64,000 nt of DNA from Ginglymostoma cirratum (Eukaryota), in the NCBI GenBank assembly GCA_024137785.1, contig JAHRHZ010000004.1, positions 24,349,432-24,413,431 on the forward strand, given 5' to 3'. The position numbers were made by a program, and so were the translations under genes. Positions 26,065 through 39,010 of this stretch are shown in pieces; position 1 is the stretch's first letter, and the number at the start of each line of letters is the position of its first letter. The notes beneath the pieces were generated by a model. That model was not told the origin of the DNA and did not search any database. It worked only from the letters and a program-made list of their open reading frames with translations.

Positions 26065-26630
26065 GAGTCATAGAATCCTAGGGTTATAGAGTACACAAAC
26101 AGACCCTTCAGTCCAACTTGTCCATGCTGACCAGGTTCCCCAAACTAACCTGCATTTGGCCCACAACCCTCCAAACCTTTCCTATCTGTGTACCTGTGCA
26201 AATGCCTTTTAAATGTTGCAACTGTACTCACCTTTAACACTACGTTCCATACATGCACCACCCTCTGTGTGAAAAAGTTGCCCCCCAGGTCCCCTTTAAA
26301 TCTTTCCCTTCTCACTTAAAACCTATGGCCTCCAGTTTTGAACTCCCTATCCTAGGGAAAAGACCTTTGCTATTCACCTTTTCTATGCCCGTCATGATTT
26401 TCAAAACATCTATGAGGTCATTCCTCAGCCTCCGATGCTCCAGGGAAAACAATCCCAATCTATCCAACCTCTCACTATAACTCAAACCCTCAAGTCTCAG
26501 GAACATTCTTGTAAATTTTTCCTGCACCCTTTCCAGTTTAATAATATCTCCCTATAGCAGGGTGACCAGAATTGTACACAGTACTCCAGAAGTGGCCTTA
26601 CCAATGTCTTGTATAGCTGTAATATGACAC
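26065..26630 (-). mobile_element. CR1/HER1-type LINE 3' end
   Basis: QEKFTRMFLRLEGLSYSERLDRLGLFSLEHRRLRNDLIDVLKIM. Confidence 0.92.
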
Positions 26631-28214
26631 CCGAGTGCCATGAATTTCTTTGTTGGAAAGAATCTTCTCTTTTATGTCTTTTCTACATTTATACACCTTT
26701 TATACAATGACAGCCCAATGGAAGCATTCTCTACGTGCTCTCTCAAATCCTTTCATCATTTTGAATATTTCTACTTTAAAAGATTCCTCTTAATCTTCTC
26801 TGCTACAGTGAATACGACCCCCTAAGGAAATTCATCATAATAACTGCAGCTTTTAACTCGTGGGATCATTGTGATGAATGTGCCATGTCCTCAAATAAAA
26901 CAAATTTCTAGCAGGTGGTGCACCATAATAACCGAATAGAGTTTGTTCTCCAGAATCTAAGCACTGGCAACAATCTTATAGTATTTTGACGCGGCAAAGA
27001 TCCAATGTGAAATTTGGACAAGCATCACAATTTTGTTTATAGGAAAAAAGAGTCAATTATAACAATGAAAAATCGAGCGAACTGGCATGTAGACATCAAC
27101 TTGTGGCAATGTGAGTTACACAGGCGGCAATGGTGAGATCACCCGAGAAGAAGCTTTTCGCTAAATATTATTTTCCAGGTCGTTGAACATGATTTGAATA
27201 AGGTACATTAGACAATGCTGTAATGAGCTTATCCCATTTGCAAAGAAACTCTGTCAAACCCAAACTTCATGGTTTGCTATTCACGAGGATTAGTATAAAG
27301 CTGAGCCAAGGCACCAGATTATCTCATTGTATCACCAAAGCAACCTTGTGGTATTAATCTTTGTGAGAAATTATACCACGTGCCATGCTTACTTAGCTTA
27401 GGGCTAGAGAGTTCTTCAAGAAAAGGAAATCACATCGGTTGGTGCTTTGAGTATCTATGAGCTAAGGCTGATAACATAGATGGAGCATGTGGTAGCCTTG
27501 ATCAGGGTAAACTCAGAATGTTAGCAATGGTAGAATAGAGCATCTTCTGAAGGGATTGAAGTGTTGGAATAGCCTTTCTAAAACTCCCAGGAAATTCCCC
27601 AAGGGAATTGCAAAGAACTGAAGCAGAAGATTCTTTTATTGTATGGTTTGATGCCACGTTATATGTTTGCATTCTTCACAGATTGGTCAAGTAGAAGGCA
27701 AAGTCTAGACTGTCTTCAGGTTAAGGTTTCAATGTAATGTTATTTATTATACTTTAATATTGAATACTGAAATACATGGTATTACATTGGTGTGTCAGGT
27801 TCTGACTTACAGTTACATCAGATAAGGATTAGTCTATTTTCTTTGTATATCTCCATGTGTTCATCTCCATGTGCTTGCTCAGGCATTCTCAAATTTTAGT
27901 CTATGTAGTGATGTGTATCGTAGTGTTCTCTATGATGTAGTTTAGTAGTGTTATAACTCCATCCACACTGTGCTACTTCTCTTCAGCAACGTACAGCTCC
28001 TTCACATCATTGCAATGTTGCTCCAATGTCCTGAAGCTCCAACACAAGAATGAAGGGTCTGTCACCTTCAGAGGAAGCATGGACTTAAAGTAGAAGTAGC
28101 AGTTTTGTTTTAAATTCAGAGGCATGTGCAGGAAGAGGTTATGCTTGAATTTTATTTGAGTGTCACTGTGGTTCCTTCATAACATTAATTTAAGGATTTG
28201 AACATCAACCTAGG

Positions 28215-28400
28215 TTGTCATTTCAAGATGATAGTGGAGAAATGTTTTTGTGTTGGAAGTGCTATCTTTCAGATAAGATTTTAAAGGGATTATCTGTCCA
28301 TCTATTCAAGGAGATACAAAAGATTTCATGGCATTATTTATAGAACAATAAGACACCCTGCTCTTTGGTGAAACTGATCATTTATCTCGTAGTGCTATTC
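28215..28400 (+). mobile_element. Highly decayed Deu-domain SINE
   Basis: tgttggaagtgctatctttcagataagattttaaa..aaagatttcatggcatta similar to the 23430-23685 core. Confidence 0.5.
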
Positions 28401-30751
28401 TGTCGGTTGCAAACGGATTTCTGTATTTGTGGTCATAACAACAGAAAATATAATATTGTGATTCCAGTTAAAATTATAATTGAACCATCAAATCCCAAAC
28501 TGAAATCTTGCTTAGTAGATCATATTTCATTTATTTTTATTTCAATAAGGTAGTCTGTCACTGAGGCATAAACATGAAATGCTGCAGATATTATGATAAA
28601 TAAATTAAGATAGAATATACCAAACTATTTACTAACGAATGTTTAAAGCTTTTAAAGTGCATGATTGAAATATAAACCCACCAATTCCAAAAGCATGCAC
28701 TTATAGTACTCACATCACACAGAACACCCTACTATATCACCCTTGTAGGGTTTAATTTAATAATGGTTTCAACGCCCTGTGTTGTGAATCTGATAGCCTC
28801 TTCCTGGAGCCTTCCTAGAAATTAGCTTACTTTCTTATTTACAAATAACTGCTTCGAGGCTTTAACCAAACACTTCTGGTCTGGAATTTTTACTGACTGC
28901 TTTGCAATGAGGTACAGAGTAACTGCTTCACACTTCCTTCAGCCATGGCTCCTGTAGCCCCGCTCAAACAGGAATTTTTAAAAAAAGAACCTTTTTTATC
29001 CAACTATAGTTGATTTCCTCAATCATAGAAAAAACAAATTGATCACTAACCTTCTAATCTGGAACCTATTGCACAAATGTTTGTTTACTTTGCTGGTAAA
29101 ATTCTCCCAGTGTTAACAAAAACCCATTACTCTCCAGGAAATCTTTCTCTAACACTGTTTTTGAGGAAATCTTCTGATGTGGTGACACAAATAATTACAA
29201 GTCATTCATTAAACCCTTTCAGACACATAGGATGCCCATGTGCCATTAGCTAAAATTTTTTAAAAATCCAAACTGCAAAATAAGTGGTTTAAACCACGGC
29301 AACTTAGCAGTCATGTTTGCTTGTGAATCACAATGGGGTTTTGAGAGGATAGGGGCATGGAAAAAGGCGCTATAGGAATAGGAGTAAGCAATTCAACTGT
29401 CTAATCCCACACAACAAGCTTTTAGGTCACTGCTGATGTGTACCTCATCTTCATCCGCTGCTCCATAATCCTTGATGCTCTCCACCAGCAAAAATATGAC
29501 AATTTCAAGCTTGAAATTTTCAGCTGAAGGCAGCCATTTGAGTGAGTGAGCTCTAGGCATTTGCTTCCCTTTGTGTGAAAAGAAATCTGCCTGATTTGTC
29601 TCCTAAGAGGTCTAGCTGTAATTATAAAAATGGCCTCTTGTTCTGAATTCTCCTACCAGTGTTTTCACTTTTCACGCATCTGTCTTATTAATAAAAGACT
29701 TAAAAGAGCAACATGATAAACAATTTGTCATTAAGCATATTGCTATACGCATCTATTACCATTAATTGTCCCTTGGAATTCTGATGTTGAAAATAATTGA
29801 TGCATTTATCTTTCACACATTTATTATGAATCAAATTTCATCCTAAATGAATAGTGATACATGGGCAGTCTCACACAGTACCTTTGCCCTCAACTAGCTT
29901 AGGTGTCAGTTGATATTAAATTGCAATCTGACACCAATTGAAAGGTTAAATGCTTTCTTGATAATCTCTTGGCGGACCTGTGCAATTCCATGGCTACCAG
30001 TACTTAGAAATAACCTTGTTCATTTTTTTCCAGCATTGTTGCAATTTTTGATAACACGTTTGTTCAGTTGCTCTCAACCAGCTGCATACATTTCTAGGCA
30101 GCAGTCACTACTAACTGGAGTCCACCTTCCATCATTTCTGTACATACCTTCCTTATTTCAGTATTTTCTTTGGTTCATCAAGGACAATGAGGAAGGTACT
30201 GAAGAATAAATAATCCAAGGAACCAAGTCGATTCTCCTTTTCTGTGCTGAGTTAGTTTGTCTTGTTCAGGGCAATGTTGGGAGTGTCCAAAAGAAAATAA
30301 TAGAAGTAACTAGCCAGACTATCTGCAATTAATTACTGTTAATTACAATACCGGCTATACTTGAAGCAACAAGTGAAAGCAAGATCAGACTGTGATCCCC
30401 TCATGATCAAATGTATTGCTGATATTTGTGACTGGAACACACCATTTTGGTAAATGCATGATGTCTTGTAAATTATGTTTATCTTCCTCTTGCCTACTTT
30501 CTTGGGACTCGCACCTCCTACAACCAAAAAATTATCCTCCCCTTGATCCTCCTCCGGTGTCGCTGCAAGGTACAAGAAAGCAACAGTTCCCACAATGTTG
30601 CAGCCAAGCAGTCATCTGCTGTGCAACATCCTGTTACAAGCAATTGTGGGATTCCTTTCTGTGCCATGCAACGCATCATATTAGGTTTGTCTTGGATAGC
30701 ACCCTGTCAATTGCACCAGGAGCTTATGGGTTCAAACGCTGCTCCAGAATG

Positions 30752-31070
30752 ACCATAAGAAAGCGGAACAGGAGGATGTCATTTGGTTCCTCAAGCCTGC
30801 TCTGCTATTCAACAGAATCATGGCAGCTCTGACATTCCTCGCGTCTACTTTCCTGCTCTTTCCCCACAACCCTTGACTCCCCGACTGATCAAGAATCCAT
30901 CTCAGCCTTAAGTATACACAAGGACTCTGCCCTCACAGCTCTTAGTGGCAATGAGTTCCAAAGACTCACAACCCCATGAGAGAAGAAATTCCTCTATCTC
31001 AGTCTTAAACTGGTGCCCTTTTATTCTGAGACTGTACCCTCTTGTCCTAGACTCTCCCATGAGGGGAAAT
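30752..31070 (-). mobile_element. CR1-type LINE 3' tail
   Basis: FPLMGESRTRGYSLRIKGHQFKTE. Confidence 0.85.
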
Positions 31071-31185
31071 TTCATAACTGCACAGAGACAATGGTACATT
31101 GTTAGAAGTGTCACCTTTCAAACAGAGATGTGTGTCTGCCTGTTCAGAAGCATTTACAAGACTATAATGTTGAGTAATTAAAAGT

Positions 31186-31214
31186 TCTCCAGCATCTGCA
31201 GTACCTTTTATCTC
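31186..31214 (+). mobile_element. 29-bp 3'-terminal insert of the short Penelope-derived family
   Basis: Identical to 50461-50489; perfect 11-bp TSD taattaaaagt (31175-31185, 31215-31225). Confidence 0.85.
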
Positions 31215-32591
31215 TAATTAAAAGTCCAGTTTTGTTTGCCATTTGTTAAAGCATAATACTGTTTACAACAAGTAAAATTATTTTCCTATTGATGAAGAAA
31301 CCTCGTGTGAATGAATTTTGCCCTGAATGGCAGTCTGGTGACAAATCTTGGTGGGTGGGTTGCACATTGGTGATGGCTTTTGGAATATTGGGTTTCAGTT
31401 ATCAGCACACTCTTCCAAATTGAGTCGAAACGCCATTTATTTAATGTGAGTTAATGTGTGCTTAGAAATAGTTAACAAAGGAGCGCAGCATGTGTGCATA
31501 TGTTCCATTGATCAAAACCCTTCCCTAAGTTTTTATGTAGTGTTTTTATATAAGTTTTTCTATAAGTTTTTATATATTTTTGTATTGAAATAGTGCCTTG
31601 CCCAATCTCAGACTTACCCAACATCCTTAACTGTCAATAACGTTGTTGGGAATGGCCATGACACAGGATTGATCAGTAGCATTCCAAATTACGAGCCAAA
31701 ATCTTTCAATAAAATAATGCCTGATATCAGTTTGGTGAAGTTAGAGGAATCTGTTTTCCTGAAACGAAAGGTTTGGCAAGTCTTCTCTGTTTGTTTACAA
31801 GCATGTTGGCGTTAAAAATGCATAATTGTATTGCATGAGTGTTATAGAAGGCATATTTTCCCTCCCGAGAAGAAAAGGAAGTTGAAAACACTTTTGCCTA
31901 AACTTTGTCCTTCTTGAAATAGAGCAGATATGGGAGAATGGCAGTTTTATTCTGAAATGCTGTGGGAGTAATGTCTCGCTGATTGGATAGTGCTTTTAAA
32001 TTAGGAACAGATGCACGGTCTGAACAAATCTTGATTCCCAGCTGAAATGTTAATCGTGATGCTGATTCTGTCCTTGCAGCTCAGCGAAGGTTCAGAAAAG
32101 GTTCAGCTGTATGTGACCAAAACCGAATGATGTAAATTTACACAGATCAGCTGTATGTATTCCTGGCCGCAGTGGCTCTGCAGGGTCTGGAGCAAGCAAT
32201 TGATTTACACTCCAGTCCTTTCATTTCCGAGGCTTGGGGTCAATTGTAGAATTGCTAGCATAAATTGTCCTTCGTTGAAACGGAGGTCTTAAATGATCAG
32301 ATTGTGTATAGCGCATAGAGCCAGTGCCTACTAGATGCAGAGAGACAATGCACTGATGCTACATTGGAATACTGGAATAGCAAGAATGAAAATGATGGCC
32401 AATCATCGTAACCTGCCGGTACTTTTGTGATGTAGAGGCTTAAATTGCATTGATGCAGCAAATTTAATACCTAATAGGGACTTCAGTTTACTCTTGTGTT
32501 GTCTATTGCTGACATTGAGTAACACTTTTTAATCTTTTCAAGGAATGTGAGCTTCACAATGGAAGCCAGTACTGGATGTCCAAACCTAACC

Positions 32592-32893
32592 CATAGAATG
32601 CCTACAGGCCCTTCAGCCCAACAAGTCCATACCAACCTTCAGAGCATCCCACCCAGACCCATCCCTCTATAACCCACCAAATCTATACATCCCTGGACAC
32701 TATTGGGCAATTTGGCGTTGCCAATCCACTTAGCCTGCACATTTTTGAACTGTGAGAGGAAACCAGAGCAAACGCACGCAAACACAGGGAGAATGTGCAA
32801 ACTCCACACAGACAGTCACCTGAGACTGGAATTGAACCTAGGTTCCTGGCGCTGTGAGGCAGCAGTGCTAACCACTGAGCCACTGCACAGCCC
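32592..32893 (-). mobile_element. HE1-type SINE
   Basis: Same head, core and tail as 17046-17367, in reverse. Confidence 0.92.
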
Positions 32894-33399
32894 CAAATTG
32901 TGTTTGAACTGTGTGTACTCTGCGTCATTTATGAGTTAACCATATTGCAGTGATCTGGAGCCAAACCTGTGCTTATGTAGGTCAGACCGAGTAAAGAATA
33001 GCAGATTTCTTTCCCTAAGGGGACTTAATGAATCAGGTGAAGTTTTCGTCATTATCCTGGTCACCTTTACAAAAGAGGAAAAGCCTAAGTCTTCATTATT
33101 TATTGTGTTTTTGCACCGGCACGTGTATAGTTTGAAAGTTAAAATAAATCAGGGAATATTCCCATGACAAATATTGTTTGAAATGCTTGAGAAGAGGGTG
33201 TTTTTATCATGTGCGATCTTCTTCCCATGAACATCATGATGGCTACGGCAACTTGTGACAAAGATGTCGAGTGAGTCCTTTCTTGATGTTGAGACCAAAA
33301 GTTTGCATTTTTCAGTCATGTCCTGAATATCAATGTGAGATCCTCACCAGTGATTGGTGAAAGGCTGATTAACATGGTTCGTTGCTCATTTCCACCCTC

Positions 33400-33750
33400 A
33401 TTTGATCTGATTGGTTGATTTATGTTTATAAGGTTCTGAACGGTCTTGACCAGATGGAAGTGAAACACAACTTTCCTCTTGTGGGCAAGTCCGGAACTAA
33501 GGGTCACCGATCTAAAATAGGGATCGTCCTTTTAGGGCAGAGATGAGGGAAAATTTTCTTTTCATCTTAAAGGGTTGCGTGACTCTGGAACTCTATGCCT
33601 CCGAAGGTGGTGTTGAATATTTTTTAAGATGGATTCATGGATTGGTAATGAAATCCGAGGTTATCAGGAATAGATGGGATTGGGGAATTTGTAACATAAA
33701 CAGACCTGCCATGAGCAGGCTTGAGGAGCTGAGTAGCATACTCCTGTTCC
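33400..33750 (+). mobile_element. CR1-type LINE 3' fragment
   Basis: tttcctcttgtgggcaagtccggaactaagggtca..agatgagggaaaattttc. Confidence 0.75.
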
Positions 33751-33769
33751 TAATGCATATACGGATAGG

Positions 33770-35340
33770 CACTCTGTTTATCCTTAGGTCAGGAGACCAA
33801 AACTACATATAGCACTCCATGTTTGGTCTTAGTAATTTTCTAAACTGTTGCAGTAAAATCTGTTCTGCACTTGATTCCTCTTACAATAAAAGCCAATAAA
33901 CTGTTTCCTTTCTAATTGATTGCTGTTCCTAGCTGTTAGCTTTCAGTGACTGATGAACAATGACTCGTAAACCCCTTTGCACATCAACGCTACCTAACCT
34001 TTCAACATTCAAGAAATGACCTGCTTTTCTCCTTTTCATAGCAAAGTGGATACATTTTTCTACAGTTTATTCAACCTGCCATGTTCTTGTCCACTTACTT
34101 AGCCTAACTAAATCTCCTTGAAGCCTCTCTGCATCCTTCTCACAACTCACAGTCCCGTCTATTTTTGTTAATCAGTAAACTTGGAAATATTACAGTTGGC
34201 TGCTGCATCCAAGTCATTAATATAGATTGTGAACAGCTGGGTTCCAATCATTTGCAGTAGCCCACCGGTCACAGTCTACCACCCCCATTTACTCCTACTA
34301 CGGCTTTCTGCCTGCTTACCATCTCTCAATCCAGGCCAGTAAATTGCACCAAATCACACGCTGTATTTTTTTTCCCTACTAACCCTCTGGCACCTTTAAC
34401 AAATGAAACCTAATCCATTCATTTTTCCAATTTCTGTTCTGCCAATTAAATCATCAAAAATCTCTAACAGGTTTGTCAATCATGTCTGTTCTGTCCAATA
34501 TTACCATTATTTTCTAAGTGTCCAATTATCACATCCTTTATAACATATACTAGCAATTTCCATACCATTGCTGTCAGGTTAACAGGAAGGTCACTCTTGT
34601 GTGCAGTGACGGTCTCCGTACCCTGGACCAGAGAGGCCTGTGTTCAAGTCCCACCTGCTCTAGAGGTGTGTAATAATATCTGATTGATATTATAATATCT
34701 CTATTTGATAAGAAAAAAATAGGTTAAATTTTTAAAAATCAGGTTAATAGAAGGGCTCTTGTGGTGAGTGGTAGTATCCTCACTGTTGGATTGAGTATCC
34801 CAGGTTCAACTCCCACCTGTTCCAAAGGTGTATAACAATTATCTCTGGACAGGTTGATTAGGAAAAATAGGATACATCTTTTAAAAAGTAAATCAGGTGA
34901 ACCCTATTTTCTGACTCTTTTGTACAATTGTTATCTTCTAATCTGTAAGAATCATTACAGAATCTGGAAAGACCCAACACATCCATTATTTCATCAGCTA
35001 CCTCTTTCAACATTTTAAGCTGTAAATCATTAGGTTCAAGGATAAATCAATTTTCAGTCCCATTATTTTCTTCAATGCTACTTTTTTTAAAAACTAATAC
35101 TCATTTCTTTAAGACGCTCATTCTTGTTAACCCCTTACTTTTCTAGTCTCACTTGGAGGGTGTTTTTGTATCTTCCTCTGTGAAGACAGAGGTATGTGTT
35201 TAGTTCCTGTACCATTTTCTTATTCTCCATTATAAATTTCCTGCCTGCCTGTAGTGGGCCACATTTGTTGTTGATAATCATTTCTCTTTTATGTACCCGT
35301 GGAAGGTTTTACAAGTTGCACATGTGTTGTTTCTCCCTTA
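33770..35340 (-). mobile_element. Old CR1-type LINE fragment
   Basis: Collinear with 6690-7560 (gaccaaaactacat, gcaaagtggata, ggtttgtcaatcatg). Confidence 0.75.
34587..34892 (+). mobile_element. Tandem pair of short tRNA-derived SINEs
   Basis: Two units with ctcttgtg start, B-box-like gttcaa(g/c)tccc, A-rich ends, each bounded by tcaggt(t/g)aa. Confidence 0.7.
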
Positions 35341-35619
35341 TCCCCTTGAGGTCCTGGCTTCCACTGGAGACATCAAAGCTGCTGAGGGTGAGTGTTAATG
35401 TTCACCTCACTGAAGTGATATCCTCAACTGCATCTAATAGCTGCCCCCATTGATTCAAATATACAAATGAGCAATTCTTGAATTTCAAAATGTGAACTTC
35501 AGGCTGATGTAAAACAGGTTTAAGTTTGGGTTCATAAGCTTTCTATTGGCATAGGATGAAATTGAATAAGCAAAAAGCATTGGAGACTAGGGAGATATAA
35601 GTGAACGAAATGAATCCAT

Positions 35620-35769
35620 AGATAACACAGTGTGGAGCTGGAGGAACACAGCAGGTCCCCAACCCAAAACGTCAACTTTCCTGCTCCTCTGATGCTGCCT
35701 GGCCTGCTGTGTTCCTCCAGCTCCACACTGTTATCTCTAACTCCAGCACTGGCAGTTCTTACTATCTCC
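35620..35769 (+). mobile_element. Short Penelope-derived insert with 5' inversion
   Basis: Perfect 12-bp TSD aaatgaatccat (35608-35619, 35770-35781); first ~35 bp are an inverted copy of an internal segment. Confidence 0.88.
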
Positions 35770-35814
35770 AAATGAATCCATTGTATTTTCTTTGAGACAC
35801 CCACCTGTTTCTTC

Positions 35815-37010
35815 TACAGGGATCCTGTAGATGTAATATATCTGGACTTCTGGAAGGCGTTTGATAAGGTGCCACACAAAAGGTTAATCTACAAGATTGG
35901 ATGATACGGGATTAGGGGTAATTTATTATCTTGGGTAGGTGACTGGCTGATGGACAGAAGACAGAGAGTTGGGATAAATGGGTTTTTATCCTGGGTGGCA
36001 AGAAGTAACAAATGGGGTGCCCCTGAGTTTGGTCCTTGAACCCCAGCTATTTACAATCTACATTAATGACTTGGATACAATGATAGGAGCTCTATAGCCA
36101 AATTTGCAGATGACAAAAATAGGTGGGACGGTAAATTGCAATGAGGAAATAAGAACCTTACAAATGAATATAAATCAGGTTAGGAGAGTGGGCCAAACTG
36201 TGGCAGATGGAGTTTAATGTGGCTAAGAGTGAGGTCATGTATTTTGTTCAGAAAAGTGGGAAGACTACCTGTTATCTAAATGGGGAGAGGCTTCGGGGTG
36301 CTCCGGTGCAGAGGGATCTGGGTGTCCTCGTTTGAGTCACAGAAAACTAGCATGCAGGTGCAGCAGATAATGAAGAAAATGAATAGAATGTGGGCTTTTA
36401 TAGCTAAAGGAATCGAATATAAAGGTATGGAAGTATTGTTGCAACTATACAAGGCATTGGCGAGACTGTACCTGGAGTATTGGGCACAGTTTTGGTCCCC
36501 TTATTTGAGGAAAGATACGGTGGCAGTTCAGAGGAGGTTCACTAGATCAATCCCAGAGAAAAGGGTTCGTCATATGAAGAGAGATTGAACAGTTTAGGCC
36601 TATACTTTCTGGAATTTAGAAGAATAAGGGGAGATTGAATTGAGATATTCAAGATGATAAAAAAAATACGGATAAAATAGATGTGGAGGGGATGCTTCCT
36701 CTTGTGCGGAATTCTAGGACAAGAAGTCATAGTCTTAGGATAAGGGATAGCAAATTTAAAACAGTTGAGGAGAAACTACTTCTCCCAAAGGGTTGTGAAT
36801 CTGTGGAATTCACTATCGCAAATTGTGGTGGATGGTGGGACAGTGAGTAAATTTAAGGAGGAGTTAGACAGATTTTTGATTGGTAATGAGTTGAAGGGTT
36901 ATGGGGAGAAGGCTGGAAAATGGGAGTGAGGAGCATATCAGCCATGATTGAATGGCAGAGCAGATTTCAATGGGCCGAATGGCCTAATTCTGCTCCTTTA
37001 GCTTATGAAC
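35815..37010 (+). mobile_element. CR1-type LINE, RT domain to 3' end
   Basis: DVIYLDFWKAFDKVPHKRL, FTIYINDLD, KFADD, LLQLYKALARLYLEYWAQFWSPYLRKD. Confidence 0.93.
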
Positions 37011-37207
37011 TACCACGTCACCTAATCCTTTCTCAGCCCAAATGCTGCACCATGAACCAATGGCTCCACTCTATGAATTATTTTAGAACTCTAACACTAT
37101 TTGGTTCATGTCATCCATATAATTGACTTCACCCTTTACCCAAATCTTCCTAATGTTAAACTGTGTCTATTGGTATCGATACCTAGTGAATAGTCTGGCA
37201 GGGTTAT

Positions 37208-37990
37208 TGAGTCATAGAGATGTACAGCACAGAAACAGACCCTTCAGTCCAACTTGCCTGTGCCAACCAGATATTAATCTAGTCCCTTTTGCCAACATTT
37301 GGCTCATATCCCTCTAAACTCTTTCAATTCATGTACTCATCCAGATGCCTTTTAAGTGTTGTAACTGTACCAGCCTCCACCACTTCCTCTGGCAGCTTAT
37401 TCCATACATGCACCACCCTCTGCATGTAAAGGTTACCCCGTAGGTTCCTTTTAAATCTTTCCCCTCTCACGTTAAGCCTGTGCCCTCTAGTTTTGGACTC
37501 CCCCACCCCAGGGACAAAACCTTGTCTTTTTACCCTATCCACACCCCTCATGATTTGATAAATCTCTATAAGGTCAACCCTCAGCCTCCAATACTCCAGG
37601 GACAATAGCTCCAGCCTATTCAGCTTGTCCCTAAAGCTCAAACCTTCCAACCCTGGCAACATCCTTGCAAATCTTTTCTGAGCCCTTTCAAGTTTCACGA
37701 CATCTTTCGTGCAGCAGGGAAACCAGAATTGAATGCCAAATCCCAAAAATGGCCCAATCAGTGTCCTGTACAGCCGCAACATGACCTTCCAACTCCTATA
37801 CTCAATGCACTGACCAATGAAGGGAAGCACACCAAACGCCTTCTTCACCACCCTGTCTACCTACGATTCCATCTTGAAGGAACTATAAACCTGCCATCCA
37901 AGGTCTCTTTGTTCAGCAGCACTTCCCAGGTCTTTACCATTAAGTGTACAAGTCCTATCCTGATTTGTCTTACCAAAATGTAGCACTTCA
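37208..37990 (-). mobile_element. CR1/HER1-type LINE 3' end
   Basis: 175-aa ORF VKKAFGVLPFIGQCIEYRSW..QFWFP..KRHLDEYMN. Confidence 0.94.
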
Positions 37991-38629
37991 CAGTTTATCA
38001 GTCAATTTTCTAATACTTACGACTTCATTTAGCTTTAATTAATTAACTTTAGTTGAGGTTCCCTCATTCCTGAGGAAAACATGTTTTTCACCAAGCTATC
38101 ACAATTGTTGGAATTCTGGGAATTGGGTTTCCTATTAAGGAGGCACCCTGCCAGCAATCCAATAATTGAGTTTTCTCAACTCTTCCAAAAATAGATGAAG
38201 TTCCTCATTGCTGTTCTAAAAGAAACCCTGCCAGGAGAGTGATATCAGTTCCAAATCCTAGTTTGGAATAATTGAAACCTCACACTATGTTAAACTAGCT
38301 TAATCCCTTCACAAATTCCATTCTGACTTTTCAGAGGCAACGAGTAACCCAGAGCGATATGAAGCTGTTCATTAAAGATGAGCTACAGTATGTCAGAAAC
38401 CTATATGTTGTTAAAACCTGGTAGAACTCACTAGATATGGATCAGGTAGACTTTAATTTCAATGTTTCTGAGAGAATGCTGCAGTGTTAACCCATTACTT
38501 GTTACTATTTGTTTATTGACTGAAGATTTGGAGGTTATGCTGGGAATTTGTTCGGAGATTATGGGGAGTGTGTATTAATCGTGATGACTAAACAAGAACC
38601 CCAACAAAAACTCTTCATTGCTGAAACTT

Positions 38630-39010
38630 CTTTTTAATTAATTCATGGGATGTGGACATTACTAGTTCAGCCACTATTTATTGCCATTGCCCACAGGGCG
38701 TTTAAGAGTCAACAACATTTCTGTGGGTCACAACAGTTAGGCCAACTAAGTAAGGATGACATATTTCTTTGCCTGAAGGACATTAGTGAACTAAATGGGT
38801 TTTTATGATGATTGGTAGCGGTGACATACTCATAGAGTCACTCTGCATGAAAATAGGCCCTTCGGCCCAACTCCTCCATGCCTCTGGTTGCCATAGTCAC
38901 CTTTATATTCCAGATTTTATTGATTCTAAATTTCGCCATCTGACGTGGTGGAATTTGAACCCATGATCCCAGAACATATGTCTACAGCTCTAGATTATTG
39001 GTCCAGTGAT
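38630..39010 (-). mobile_element. tRNA-headed SINE (family of 60950-61300), interrupted by a CR1 tail piece
   Basis: attcatgggatgtggacatt..ttaagagtcaacaacatt..cattagtgaac..gaatttgaaccc. Confidence 0.8.

Noticed and set aside
28922-29002. Kozak-like gccatgg with short ORF MAPVAPLKQ
   Set aside because: Stops after about 22 codons; no donor site or promoter context.
30416-30832. 138-aa ORF
   Set aside because: Non-ATG start, no family resemblance, runs into a CR1 tail.
37324-37851. 175-aa open CR1 segment as a domesticated gene
   Set aside because: 5'-truncated ordinary LINE end; open frame explained by relative youth.
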